Part shown: positions 44,783 to 54,418 of the stretch, in pieces
Layout: each line of letters starts with the position of its first letter
Position numbering within the stretch: position 1 is the stretch's first letter
Assembly: GCF_000006765.1 (NCBI RefSeq)
Contig: NC_002516.2
Strand: one strand, 5' to 3'
From: Pseudomonas aeruginosa PAO1
Lineage (GTDB): Bacteria; Pseudomonadota; Gammaproteobacteria; Pseudomonadales; Pseudomonadaceae
Length of the DNA stretch: 64,000 nucleotides
Notes under the pieces: model-generated
What the model saw: only the letters and a program-made list of their open reading frames with translations
Told to the model about the DNA's origin: nothing
The model's database searches: none
Program-made: the position numbers and the translations under genes

Positions 44783-45892
44783 ATGGCCGAGACTCAAGGC
44801 GGCGATGTGCTGGTCAGCTTCCGTGGCGTGCAGAAAAGCTACGACGGCGAGACCCTCATCGTGAAGGATCTCAACCTGGACATTCGCAAGGGCGAATTCC
44901 TCACCCTGCTCGGCCCCTCCGGGTCCGGCAAGACCACCAGCCTGATGATGCTGGCCGGTTTCGAAACCCCCACCGCCGGCGAAATCCTCCTGGCCGGTCG
45001 CTCGATCAACAATGTCCCTCCGCACAAGCGCGACATCGGCATGGTGTTCCAGAACTATGCGCTGTTCCCGCACATGACCGTGGCCGAGAACCTGGCCTTT
45101 CCCCTCAGCGTCCGTGGCATGAGCAAGACCGACGTGAAGGAAAGGGTCAAGCGCGCGTTGTCGATGGTCCAGCTCGACGCCTTCGCCGGGCGTTATCCGG
45201 CGCAGCTTTCCGGTGGCCAGCAGCAGCGCGTGGCGCTGGCCCGCGCGCTGGTCTTCGAGCCGCAACTGGTGCTGATGGACGAGCCCCTGGGAGCGCTGGA
45301 CAAGCAACTTCGCGAGCACATGCAGATGGAAATCAAGCATCTGCACCAGCGCCTCGGTGTCACCGTGGTCTACGTCACCCACGACCAGGGCGAGGCGCTG
45401 ACCATGTCCGACCGGGTGGCGGTGTTCCACCAGGGCGAAATCCAGCAGATCGAGCCGCCGCGCAATCTCTACGAGCAGCCGCGCAACACCTTCGTGGCCA
45501 ACTTCATCGGTGAGAACAACCGTCTATCCGGGCAGCTTCTCAGTTGCGACGGCGAGCGCTGCGTGGTCGGACTGCCGCGCGGCGAGAAGGTCGAGGCGCT
45601 GGCGGTCAACGTCGGCCAGCCGGGCGAGCCGGTGACCTTGTCGATCCGCCCCGAGCGGGTGCGCCTGAACGGTGCCAGCGAGTCTTGCGTCAACCGTTTC
45701 TCCGGCCGCGTGGCCGAGTTCGTCTACCTGGGCGACCACGTGCGTGTGCGCCTGGAGGTCTGCGGCCGCGACGACTTCTTCGTCAAGCAGCCGATCGCCG
45801 AGCTGGACCCGACGCTGAGCGTCGGTGATGTGGTTCCGCTGGGCTGGCAGGTCGAGCATGTGAGGGCGCTCGACCCTCTGCCGGCGGCGTGA
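44783..45892 (+). CDS. agtA: ABC transporter ATP-binding protein (PotA-like)
   Basis: GPSGSGKT, LSGGQQQR, LMDE, VTHD, TOBE domain. Confidence 0.93.
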   Translation: MAETQGGDVLVSFRGVQKSYDGETLIVKDLNLDIRKGEFLTLLGPSGSGKTTSLMMLAGFETPTAGEILLAGRSINNVPPHKRDIGMVFQNYALFPHMTVAENLAFPLSVRGMSKTDVKERVKRALSMVQLDAFAGRYPAQLSGGQQQRVALARALVFEPQLVLMDEPLGALDKQLREHMQMEIKHLHQRLGVTVVYVTHDQGEALTMSDRVAVFHQGEIQQIEPPRNLYEQPRNTFVANFIGENNRLSGQLLSCDGERCVVGLPRGEKVEALAVNVGQPGEPVTLSIRPERVRLNGASESCVNRFSGRVAEFVYLGDHVRVRLEVCGRDDFFVKQPIAELDPTLSVGDVVPLGWQVEHVRALDPLPAA

Positions 45893-45947
45893 GCGCCGGC
45901 AGTCCCGAACCGTACCGAAGCAACCCTGCACTGTGGAGAGAACAATA

Positions 45948-46994
45948 ATGTCGAAATCCCTGAAAGCGGCCAGCCTGAAGTTCGCCACCCTGGCGGCCGG
46001 CCTGGCCTGCGCGGCCCAGGCCATGGCGGTGGACCTGACCGTGGTGTCCTTCGGCGGGGCCAACAAGAGCGCCCAGATCAAGGCGTTCTACGAGCCCTAC
46101 CAGAAAGCCACCGGCAACAGGATCGTCGCCGGCGAATACAACGGCGAGATGGCCAAGGTCAAGGCCATGGTCGATACCAACAGCGTCTCCTGGGACCTGG
46201 TGGAAGTGGAGTCGCCGGAGCTGTCGCGCGGCTGCGACGAAGGCCTGTTCGAGGAACTCGACCCGGCGCAGTTCGGTAAGACCGAGGACTTCGTGCCCGG
46301 CGCCATCCAACCGTGCGGCGTGGGTTTCTTCGTCTGGTCCACGGTGCTCGCCTACAACGCCGACAAGCTGAAAAGCGCGCCGACCAGTTGGGCGGACTTC
46401 TGGGACATCAAGAAATTCCCCGGCAAGCGCGGCCTGCGCAAGGGCGCCAAGTACACCCTCGAATTCGCCCTGATGGCCGATGGCGTGGCGCCGAAGGACG
46501 TCTACGGCGTGCTCGCCACCAAGGAAGGCCAGGATCGTGCCTTCAAGAAGCTCGACGAGATCAAGTCGAGCATCCAGTGGTGGGAGGCGGGCGCCCAGCC
46601 GCCGCAGTACCTGGCTTCCGGCGATGTGGTGATGAGTTCTGCCTACAACGGTCGGATCGCCGCGGTGCAGAAGGAAAGCAACCTGAAGGTGGTATGGAAC
46701 GGCGGCATCTACGATTTCGACGCCTGGGCCATCCCGAAGGGGGCGAAGAAACGGGAAGAGACCCTGAAGTTCATCGCCTTCTCGGTGCAGCCCCAGCAGC
46801 AGAAGACTTACTCGGAAAACATCGCCTACGGTCCGGCCAACAAGCAGGCGGTGCCGCTGCTGGACAAGGCCCTGCTGAAGGACATGCCGACCACTCCGGA
46901 AAACATCCAGAACCAGGTGGCAATGGACGTGACCTTCTGGGCCGACTACGGCGAACAACTGGAACAGCGCTTCAACGCCTGGGCGGCCAGGTAA
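45948..46994 (+). CDS. agtB: ABC substrate-binding protein (GABA/5-aminovalerate)
   Basis: GGAG RBS, signal peptide MSKSLKAAS..., PotD/PotF-like motifs. Confidence 0.92.
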   Translation: MSKSLKAASLKFATLAAGLACAAQAMAVDLTVVSFGGANKSAQIKAFYEPYQKATGNRIVAGEYNGEMAKVKAMVDTNSVSWDLVEVESPELSRGCDEGLFEELDPAQFGKTEDFVPGAIQPCGVGFFVWSTVLAYNADKLKSAPTSWADFWDIKKFPGKRGLRKGAKYTLEFALMADGVAPKDVYGVLATKEGQDRAFKKLDEIKSSIQWWEAGAQPPQYLASGDVVMSSAYNGRIAAVQKESNLKVVWNGGIYDFDAWAIPKGAKKREETLKFIAFSVQPQQQKTYSENIAYGPANKQAVPLLDKALLKDMPTTPENIQNQVAMDVTFWADYGEQLEQRFNAWAAR

Positions 46995-47107
46995 TCCTCG
47001 CCTGACCCTCCAGAGAGGGCCGGAGGGGCGCCGCGCGGCGGCTCCTCCTACCGTTCCACACTTTCCAGGGTCGCCCCCGACGGCCCGCTTTTTTTCCGGA
47101 GTTCGCT

Positions 47108-48355
47108 ATGGCCACAGCTGTGCCCATGTCCCAGGCCGCCGGCAGCACCCTCAAGCAACGCCTGGCGCGCGCCGAGCGGATGAACCGCCTGAAGTCCCAG
47201 GCGCTGATCCTGCCCCTGCTGGCCTTCCTGGTCCTGACCTTCCTGGTGCCGATCGCCGCCCTGCTCTACAAGAGCGTGTCCAACCCGGAAGTGGTTCGCT
47301 CGTTGCCGCTGACGGTAGAAGCCATCTCCGCCTGGGACGGCAAGTCGCTGCCGGCCGACGCCGTCTACAAGGCGCTCAGCCAGGATCTCGCCGAGGCTCG
47401 TCGCAACCAGACCATCGGCGATCTCTCCAAGCGCCTGAACATGGAACTGGCCGGTTATCGCAGCCTGATGGCGAAGACCGCGCGCAAGCTGCCGTTCAAG
47501 GAGGAACCCGCTTCCTACAAGGACGCCATGGAGCAGCTCGACGAGCGCTGGGGCGACCCCGCCTACTGGCAGGTGATCCGCCGCAACGCCAGCAGCTATA
47601 CGCCCTATTACCTACTCGCGGCCCTCGACCACCGGATCGACGATCTCGGCGAAGTGGCGCGCGCCACCCCGGACCAGGCCATCTACCTGGACATCTTCGC
47701 CCGCACCTTCTGGATGGGTGCGGTGATCACCATCATCTGCCTGCTGCTGGCCTACCCGCTGGCCTACCTGCTGGCCAACCTGCCGACGCGCAAGAGCAAC
47801 CTGCTGATGATCCTGGTCCTGCTGCCGTTCTGGACCTCGATCCTGGTACGTGTCGCCGCCTGGATCGTCCTGCTGCAATCGGGTGGCCTGATCAACGGCG
47901 CGCTGCTCAAGCTCGGCCTGATCGACCAGCCGCTGCAACTGGTGTTCAACCGCACCGGCGTATACATCGCGATGGTGCACATCATGCTGCCGTTCATGAT
48001 CCTGCCGATCTACAGCGTGATGAAAGGCATTTCGCCGAGCTACATGCGCGCCGCGATTTCCCTCGGCTGCCACCCGTTCGCCAGCTTCTGGCGGGTGTAT
48101 TTCCCACAGACCGTCGCGGGCGTCGGCGCCGGTTGCCTGCTGGTGTTCATCCTGTCCATCGGCTACTACATCACCCCGGCGCTGCTGGGCAGCCCGAACG
48201 ACCAGATGGTCAGCTACTTCGTCGCCTTCTATACCAACAGCACCATCAACTGGGGCATGGCCACCGCCCTCGGCGGCCTGCTCCTGCTCGCCACCCTGGT
48301 GCTCTACGTCGTCTACAGCTGGCTGGTGGGCGCCAGCCGCCTGCGCCTGGGATAG
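47108..48355 (+). CDS. agtC: ABC permease (PotB-like)
   Basis: LAYPLAY, LPFWTSILVR, EAA-like MRAAISLG. Confidence 0.92.
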   Translation: MATAVPMSQAAGSTLKQRLARAERMNRLKSQALILPLLAFLVLTFLVPIAALLYKSVSNPEVVRSLPLTVEAISAWDGKSLPADAVYKALSQDLAEARRNQTIGDLSKRLNMELAGYRSLMAKTARKLPFKEEPASYKDAMEQLDERWGDPAYWQVIRRNASSYTPYYLLAALDHRIDDLGEVARATPDQAIYLDIFARTFWMGAVITIICLLLAYPLAYLLANLPTRKSNLLMILVLLPFWTSILVRVAAWIVLLQSGGLINGALLKLGLIDQPLQLVFNRTGVYIAMVHIMLPFMILPIYSVMKGISPSYMRAAISLGCHPFASFWRVYFPQTVAGVGAGCLLVFILSIGYYITPALLGSPNDQMVSYFVAFYTNSTINWGMATALGGLLLLATLVLYVVYSWLVGASRLRLG

Positions 48356-48460
48356 AGGGCCTTCCGAGAAGGCCAACCGATTCCCCTCTGCCTTCGGAAA
48401 AAAGGTTGCCCGGAGGGCGGGGAGAGGGGGATCCGCACGAAACACATTGGAGAGCGAGTC

Positions 48461-49291
48461 ATGCTGAGTCCCTACATGTCCCCGGTCGAGCGCCTGTGGT
48501 TCTACTCCCTGCGCATCCTCTGCGGCCTGGTACTGCTGTTCCTGGTACTGCCGGTGCTGGTCATCGTGCCGCTGTCGTTCAACTCCGGCACCTTCCTGGT
48601 CTACCCGCTGCAAGGGTTCTCCCTGCGCTGGTACGCCGACTTCTTCCAGTCCGCCGAGTGGATGCGCTCGTTGACCAACAGCATGATCGTCGCTCCGGCG
48701 GCGACCCTGCTGGCGATGGTCTTCGGCACTCTGGCCGCGATCGGCCTGACCCGCGGCGAGTTCCGCGGCAAGGCACTGGTGATGAGCCTGATGATTTCGC
48801 CGATGGTGGTGCCGGTGGTGATCATCGGCGTGGCCAGCTACCTGTTCTTCGCTCCGCTGGGGCTCGGCAACAGCTACCTGTCGCTGATCGTGGTGCATGC
48901 GGTGCTCGGCGTGCCGTTCGTGATCATCACCGTCTCCGCGACCCTGCAGGGGTTCAACTACAATCTGGTGCGCGCCGCCGCCAGCCTCGGCGCGCCGCCG
49001 CTGACCACCTTCTTCCGGGTGACCCTGCCGCTGATCGCTCCGGGAGTGATTTCCGGCGCGCTGTTCGCCTTCGCCACCTCGTTCGACGAAGTGGTAGTGA
49101 CCCTCTTCCTCGCCGGTCCCGAGCAGGCCACCCTGCCGCGGCAGATGTTCAGCGGCATTCGCGAGAACCTGAGCCCCACCATTGCCGCCGCGGCGACCTT
49201 GCTGATCGGTTTCTCCGTACTGCTGTTGCTGACCCTGGAATGGCTGCGCGGGCGCAGCGAGAAGATGCGTACCGCACAACCCGGCGGCTGA
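48461..49291 (+). CDS. agtD: ABC permease (PotC-like)
   Basis: SFN, SLRWY, RAAASLGA, SFDEVVVT. Confidence 0.92.
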   Translation: MLSPYMSPVERLWFYSLRILCGLVLLFLVLPVLVIVPLSFNSGTFLVYPLQGFSLRWYADFFQSAEWMRSLTNSMIVAPAATLLAMVFGTLAAIGLTRGEFRGKALVMSLMISPMVVPVVIIGVASYLFFAPLGLGNSYLSLIVVHAVLGVPFVIITVSATLQGFNYNLVRAAASLGAPPLTTFFRVTLPLIAPGVISGALFAFATSFDEVVVTLFLAGPEQATLPRQMFSGIRENLSPTIAAAATLLIGFSVLLLLTLEWLRGRSEKMRTAQPGG

Positions 49292-49414
49292 GGCGCAGGG
49301 CGCGCCCGGCTTGGTCCGGGCGTCGGCTGCTGCGGCGAAAAGTCGTCATTTTCACCGCCAAAAACCGATAACGGCTACAATGCGCGCCTTCCGTGATCCC
49401 CTTTGAGGTGCGCC

Positions 49415-50089
49415 ATGCAACCCTTCGCCATCGCTCCGTCGATCCTTTCCGCCGATTTCGCCCGCCTGGGCGAGGACGTGGACAAGGTGCTCGCCGCCGG
49501 TGCCGACATCGTTCACTTCGACGTGATGGACAACCACTACGTGCCGAACCTGACCATCGGCCCGATGGTCTGCTCGGCGCTGCGCAAGTACGGCGTGAGC
49601 GCGCCGATCGACGTGCACCTGATGGTGTCCCCGGTGGATCGCATCATCGGCGACTTCATCGAAGCTGGCGCCACCTACATCACCTTCCATCCGGAAGCTT
49701 CCCAGCACATCGACCGTTCCCTGCAACTGATCCGCGACGGCGGTTGCAAGGCGGGCCTGGTGTTCAACCCGGCCACTCCGCTGGAGGTGCTGAAGTACGT
49801 GATGGACAAGGTCGACATGGTCCTGCTGATGAGCGTCAACCCCGGCTTCGGCGGGCAGAAATTCATCCCCGGTACCCTCGACAAGTTGCGCGAGGCACGC
49901 GCCCTGATCGATGCCTCCGGTCGCGAGATCCGCCTGGAGATCGATGGCGGCGTCAACGTCAAGAACATCCGTGAGATCGCCGCGGCGGGCGCCGATACCT
50001 TCGTCGCCGGCTCGGCCATCTTCAACGCCCCGGACTACGCCGAGGTCATCCGCGCCATGCATGCCGAACTGGCCCAGGCGCACCAGTAA
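49415..50089 (+). CDS. rpe: Ribulose-phosphate 3-epimerase
   Basis: [39 protein letters not shown]. Confidence 0.98.
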   Translation: MQPFAIAPSILSADFARLGEDVDKVLAAGADIVHFDVMDNHYVPNLTIGPMVCSALRKYGVSAPIDVHLMVSPVDRIIGDFIEAGATYITFHPEASQHIDRSLQLIRDGGCKAGLVFNPATPLEVLKYVMDKVDMVLLMSVNPGFGGQKFIPGTLDKLREARALIDASGREIRLEIDGGVNVKNIREIAAAGADTFVAGSAIFNAPDYAEVIRAMHAELAQAHQ

Positions 50090-50907
50090 TGAGCGCTGCG
50101 GAGCCGTTCTTCGCCACGCGCCTGCCGCGTCTGGTGATGTTCGACCTGGATGGCACGCTGGTCGATTCCGTTCCCGACCTCACCGCCGCGGTCGACAGCA
50201 TGCTCGCCAGCTTCGGGCGGCCGCCGGCGGGCATCGAGAAGGTCCGCCAGTGGATCGGTAACGGCGCACGCGTCCTGGTGCGTCGCGCCCTGGCCGGAAG
50301 CATCGAGCACGACGGCATCGGTGAGGAGGAAACCGAAGCCGCGCTGGCGTTGTTCATGGAGGCCTATGCCGACAGTCATGCGCTCACCGAGGTCTACCCC
50401 GGCGTCGTCGACACCCTCAAGTGGCTCAAGCGCAACGGCGTGGAAATGGCGCTGATCACCAACAAGCCGGAGCGCTTCGTCGCTCCGCTGCTGGATGAGA
50501 TGAAGCTGGGTCGCTATTTTCGCTGGATCATCGGCGGCGACACCCTGCCGCAGCAGAAGCCCGACCCGGCGGCGCTGCTGTTCGTGATGAAGATGGCTGG
50601 CATCGAGCCCGAAGATGCGTTGTTCGTCGGTGACTCGCGCAACGACGTGCTCGCCGCCAAAGCTGCCGGCGTGCGCTGCGCGGCGCTGACCTATGGCTAC
50701 AACCACGGCCGGCCGATCGCCGAGGAAGCGCCCACCCTGGTCATCGACAACCTGCGCGACCTGCTGCCTTGCGCCGACCAGGCCGCTGAGATAGTGTTGC
50801 CGGACGACTCCCTTTCCCCCTCCGACCAGCGAGATCAAGCCGTGGCGGTCAGCAAACTCTGGATGAAGGTCATCAAGGCCCTGGCGCGTTGGCGCTGGCG
50901 CGCCTGA
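50089..50907 (+). CDS. gph: Phosphoglycolate phosphatase (HAD) with C-terminal extension
   Basis: FDLDGTLVDS, ITNKP, KPDP, VGDSRND; TAATG coupling to rpe. Confidence 0.95.
   Translation: MSAAEPFFATRLPRLVMFDLDGTLVDSVPDLTAAVDSMLASFGRPPAGIEKVRQWIGNGARVLVRRALAGSIEHDGIGEEETEAALALFMEAYADSHALTEVYPGVVDTLKWLKRNGVEMALITNKPERFVAPLLDEMKLGRYFRWIIGGDTLPQQKPDPAALLFVMKMAGIEPEDALFVGDSRNDVLAAKAAGVRCAALTYGYNHGRPIAEEAPTLVIDNLRDLLPCADQAAEIVLPDDSLSPSDQRDQAVAVSKLWMKVIKALARWRWRA
50769..50797 (+). promoter_or_regulatory. Candidate trpE sigma70 promoter inside gph
   Basis: TTGCGC(50769)-17 nt-TAGTGT(50792-50797). Confidence 0.6.
50863..50907 (+). promoter_or_regulatory. Candidate Trp leader peptide MKVIKALARWRWRA, in frame with the gph C-terminus
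   Basis: 14 codons with TGG-CGC-TGG immediately before alternative hairpins, 72 nt upstream of trpE. Confidence 0.65.
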
Positions 50908-50979
50908 CATCATCCTCCGCCGGATAGCCGGCGCGCGTTTGCACCCTGTTGACCGTTCTCTCCTCCGATGAGGCTGATC

Positions 50980-52458
50980 ATGAATCGCGAAGAATTCCTG
51001 CGGCTGGCCGCCGATGGCTACAACCGCATCCCGCTGTCCTTCGAGACCCTTGCCGACTTCGACACGCCGCTGTCGATCTACCTGAAGCTGGCCGACGCGC
51101 CGAACTCCTACCTGCTGGAGTCGGTGCAGGGCGGCGAGAAATGGGGGCGCTATTCGATCATCGGCCTGCCGTGCCGCACGGTGCTGCGGGTCTACGACCA
51201 TCAAGTGCGGATCAGCATCGATGGCGTGGAAACCGAGCGCTTCGATTGCGCCGACCCGTTGGCTTTCGTCGAGGAGTTCAAGGCGCGCTACCAGGTGCCC
51301 ACCGTGCCCGGCTTGCCACGTTTCGATGGCGGCCTGGTCGGCTACTTCGGTTACGACTGCGTGCGCTACGTGGAAAAACGCCTGGCCACCTGTCCGAACC
51401 CGGACCCGCTGGGCAACCCGGATATCCTGTTGATGGTGTCCGATGCCGTAGTGGTATTCGACAACCTGGCCGGGAAGATCCACGCCATCGTCCTCGCCGA
51501 TCCCTCCGAGGAAAATGCCTACGAGCGCGGCCAGGCACGTCTGGAGGAGCTGCTGGAGCGTCTACGCCAGCCGATCACCCCGCGTCGCGGCCTCGACCTC
51601 GAGGCGGCCCAGGGTCGTGAGCCGGCGTTTCGTGCCAGCTTCACCCGCGAGGACTATGAAAACGCGGTAGGAAGGATCAAGGACTACATCCTGGCCGGCG
51701 ACTGCATGCAGGTGGTGCCGTCGCAGCGCATGTCCATCGAATTCAAGGCGGCGCCCATCGACCTGTACCGCGCGCTGCGCTGTTTCAATCCGACGCCCTA
51801 CATGTACTTCTTCAACTTCGGCGACTTCCATGTCGTGGGCAGCTCGCCGGAGGTGCTGGTACGGGTCGAGGATGGCCTGGTGACGGTGCGCCCGATCGCC
51901 GGTACCCGTCCGCGCGGGATCAACGAAGAGGCCGACCTGGCACTGGAGCAGGATCTGCTGTCGGACGCCAAGGAGATCGCCGAGCACCTGATGCTGATCG
52001 ACCTGGGGCGCAACGACGTGGGGCGGGTGTCCGATATCGGCGCGGTGAAGGTCACCGAAAAAATGGTGATCGAACGTTACTCCAACGTCATGCACATCGT
52101 GTCCAACGTCACCGGGCAATTGCGCGAGGGGCTCAGCGCGATGGACGCGCTGCGGGCGATTCTGCCGGCGGGCACTCTATCCGGCGCGCCGAAGATCCGC
52201 GCCATGGAGATCATCGACGAGCTGGAGCCGGTCAAGCGTGGAGTCTACGGCGGCGCGGTCGGCTACCTGGCATGGAACGGCAACATGGACACCGCCATTG
52301 CCATCCGCACCGCGGTGATCAAGAACGGTGAACTCCACGTGCAGGCCGGCGGCGGTATCGTTGCCGACTCGGTGCCCGCGCTGGAGTGGGAAGAAACCAT
52401 CAACAAGCGCCGGGCGATGTTCCGCGCCGTGGCGCTGGCCGAGCAGAGCGTCGAATAA
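50980..52458 (+). CDS. trpE: Anthranilate synthase component I
   Basis: [47 protein letters not shown]; 492 aa. Confidence 0.98.
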   Translation: MNREEFLRLAADGYNRIPLSFETLADFDTPLSIYLKLADAPNSYLLESVQGGEKWGRYSIIGLPCRTVLRVYDHQVRISIDGVETERFDCADPLAFVEEFKARYQVPTVPGLPRFDGGLVGYFGYDCVRYVEKRLATCPNPDPLGNPDILLMVSDAVVVFDNLAGKIHAIVLADPSEENAYERGQARLEELLERLRQPITPRRGLDLEAAQGREPAFRASFTREDYENAVGRIKDYILAGDCMQVVPSQRMSIEFKAAPIDLYRALRCFNPTPYMYFFNFGDFHVVGSSPEVLVRVEDGLVTVRPIAGTRPRGINEEADLALEQDLLSDAKEIAEHLMLIDLGRNDVGRVSDIGAVKVTEKMVIERYSNVMHIVSNVTGQLREGLSAMDALRAILPAGTLSGAPKIRAMEIIDELEPVKRGVYGGAVGYLAWNGNMDTAIAIRTAVIKNGELHVQAGGGIVADSVPALEWEETINKRRAMFRAVALAEQSVE

Positions 52459-52476
52459 GACGGCGCGAGGCGGAAG

Positions 52477-52515
52477 AAAAGAAGGCGGATGGCGTTTGCG
52501 TCATCCGCCTTTTTT
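52477..52515. terminator. Bidirectional terminator between trpE and prtN
   Basis: AAAAG-AAGGCGGATG-10 nt-CATCCGCCTT-TTTT. Confidence 0.85.
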
Positions 52516-52542
52516 GTGCCCGGCGTGGACCCACGCATTGGC

Positions 52543-52755
52543 TTCGCCCTACGCGGCACCGCTTTCGTAGGGCGAATATCGCGGCGCGATATCCGCCAGG
52601 GAGCAGGACGCCGAACCCGCCTCAAGGTGAAGTGATCGATATGTCCGGTTGGCGGATGACGCCTTCGGCATTACTTGCCCACGCAGAAGGCGCTTTCGTA
52701 GGGGGGACATCACCACGCGATATCCGCCAGGCGGAGCATGGTGTCGCTCCCTACG
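52543..52755. repeat. GTAG-type REP cluster in alternating orientation
   Basis: 41-nt imperfect direct repeats at 52560-52600 and 52691-52731; inverted TTCGCCCTACG/CGTAGGGCGAA; degenerate inverted copy at about 52649-52690. Confidence 0.75.
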
Positions 52756-52776
52756 ATGCTGGCAACGGCGGGCCGC

Positions 52777-53091
52777 TCAGGATGCGATGCTGTCAGCGCC
52801 CGGCTGTGCTCGACGGGCGCTTCCGGCTTGGTTCGCGCGCTGGTCGACGTAGGCGGCGAGGTGATCGAGGGCCACGAACTGCATGGCCTTGTGACTATCG
52901 TCGAGGGTTGTCACCGGCAGGGCGATCCGCCCGCATGCCAGGGCCTTGCTGAAGTTTTCCTTGTTCAGGTTGCGAAACCAGCGTTCGCGAACCTGCTCCA
53001 GCGGCACCAGGACGTCGCCGAAGATGCGGTAGACCAATTCCACGGTTTCCTGGCGTGGAATCGGAGTGCTAGGGGCGATGGATGGCTGCAT
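52777..53091 (-). CDS. prtN: Pyocin activator PrtN
   Basis: [43 protein letters not shown]...; GGAGG RBS; 104 aa. Confidence 0.95.
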
Positions 53092-53126
53092 GGTATTCCC
53101 TCCTGCGGCTACACGTCGTTGAGGGA

Positions 53127-53168
53127 AATATAGCTCAGGTTGTTTTCTTGTTCAATAGCTGAAGTTGT
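53127..53168 (-). promoter_or_regulatory. prtN promoter with two ATAGCTnnRGTTGT boxes
   Basis: Minus strand TTGAAC-17-TATATT; motif copies at 53130-53143 and 53155-53168. Confidence 0.7.
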
Positions 53169-53190
53169 AGAGCGGGCGAGCGCCAGGCGC

Positions 53191-53961
53191 TCACCGCACC
53201 AGGGACGGGCCGCGCCGGTGGCGTACGGTGGACCACCAGAAGACCCAACCGATCATGCTGATCTGGCGGCTGCGCATGTCCTCCGGCGAGTACTCCTCGT
53301 CCGGATATTCCTCGCGGTTGAAGCTGCGCAGGCGAATGCCGCCGCCGGGCAGGCGATAGACGAACTTCACCCGCAGCATGCCGTCATGTTCGAGGGCGTA
53401 GATCTCGCCATCGGTGATATGGGTGGTGGCGGTGTCCACGCCGATGGTGGAGCCATCCATGATCAGCGGTTCCATGCTGTTGCCGGTGAGTTGGGCGCAG
53501 ATCGCCGCCGACGGATCGACGCCCGAGGCACGCAGCGTGGCGTAGGAAAAACGCAGCTTGCGCCCCTCTATCTCGCGCACCGCAGTGCGTCCGGCGCCGG
53601 CGGACATCTCCACTTCCTTGTACAGCGGCAGTTCCACTTCGTCTTCGTCCAGCGGTGTGTCGCTGTCCCACGGATGCAGCGGTTCCAGCACCAATGGGCT
53701 GCCATCGGCCACGGACACGGCACTGCGCGCGGCTGGAGCGCCTTCGCCGGTCTGCAGCCAGACCGGCGAGACGCCCAGGGCCGCCGCGATCTCGATCAGC
53801 TTGCGGGTGCTCTGGGCCTTGCCCGAGGTCAGCTTGTGAATGGTGTTCTGCGAAACCCCTGCCGCTTCGGCGAGGGTTTCCTGCTTCAGGTTGCGCATCG
53901 CCATGGCCTGCTTGAGGCGAGCGGCGAAGCTGTCGGGCGGGATCTGGGTGCTCTTGTCCAT
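53191..53961 (-). CDS. prtR: Pyocin repressor, cI/LexA-like (HTH_3 plus S24 peptidase)
   Basis: LKQETLAEAAGVSQNTIHKL HTH; SAGAG cleavage site, GNSMEP, LRVK; 256 aa. Confidence 0.97.
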   Translation of the reverse strand: MDKSTQIPPDSFAARLKQAMAMRNLKQETLAEAAGVSQNTIHKLTSGKAQSTRKLIEIAAALGVSPVWLQTGEGAPAARSAVSVADGSPLVLEPLHPWDSDTPLDEDEVELPLYKEVEMSAGAGRTAVREIEGRKLRFSYATLRASGVDPSAAICAQLTGNSMEPLIMDGSTIGVDTATTHITDGEIYALEHDGMLRVKFVYRLPGGGIRLRSFNREEYPDEEYSPEDMRSRQISMIGWVFWWSTVRHRRGPSLVR

Positions 53962-53968
53962 GCTCGGC

Positions 53969-54037
53969 AATCTACAGACCGATGGATTTTCTGTAAAGAG
54001 CCTAGGTGTTGACGATAAATAGCTTTGGTTGTAATTT
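53969..54037. promoter_or_regulatory. Divergent prtR and ptrB promoters
   Basis: Minus TTTACA(53997)-17-TAGATT(53969); plus TTGACG(54009)-17-TAATTT(54037); ATAGCTTTGGTTGT at 54019-54032. Confidence 0.7.
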
Positions 54038-54418
54038 CTCTTCCGTCAGAAAGCGGAAGGGGTGAGTTCCACAACTTCCCACCCGCCTTTCAGAGATTTC
54101 ACATGGGTGCAGGGACGCACCCGGTTGTCGGCGACCGACGATGCAGGTGCCGACTGCTTGGGTGCCGGGGCCATGGGAAAGCGCTCCGGCACCTGGAGGG
54201 CCGGAGCGCCGTCCATGCAGACGCTCCGTCCCGCTCATTCATTCTGTCGCCGACCTGCTTCAGGTACGGCGGCGTCGTACAGGGAGTCATTGCCATGTCG
54301 CGAGATACGCACTCGCCATTTCCGCGCAGAGGAACGCAGGTCGCCGAACCGGCGCCGCGCATCTGTCATGTTCCATCCATTCGGCCGTCGGGCGTCGGGC
54401 ACGCCAGGGAGGCTTTCC

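Noticed and set aside
48356-48460. Hairpins between agtC and agtD (GGCCTTC-CGA-GAAGGCC and a CCCCTCT...AGAGGGG pair)
   Set aside because: Probably a degenerate REP-like or mRNA-stabilising element; no further support from sequence alone
52543-52755. Possible CRISPR or IS ends between trpE and prtN
   Set aside because: Degenerate, alternately oriented units fit REP elements; no unique spacers, transposase or target duplication
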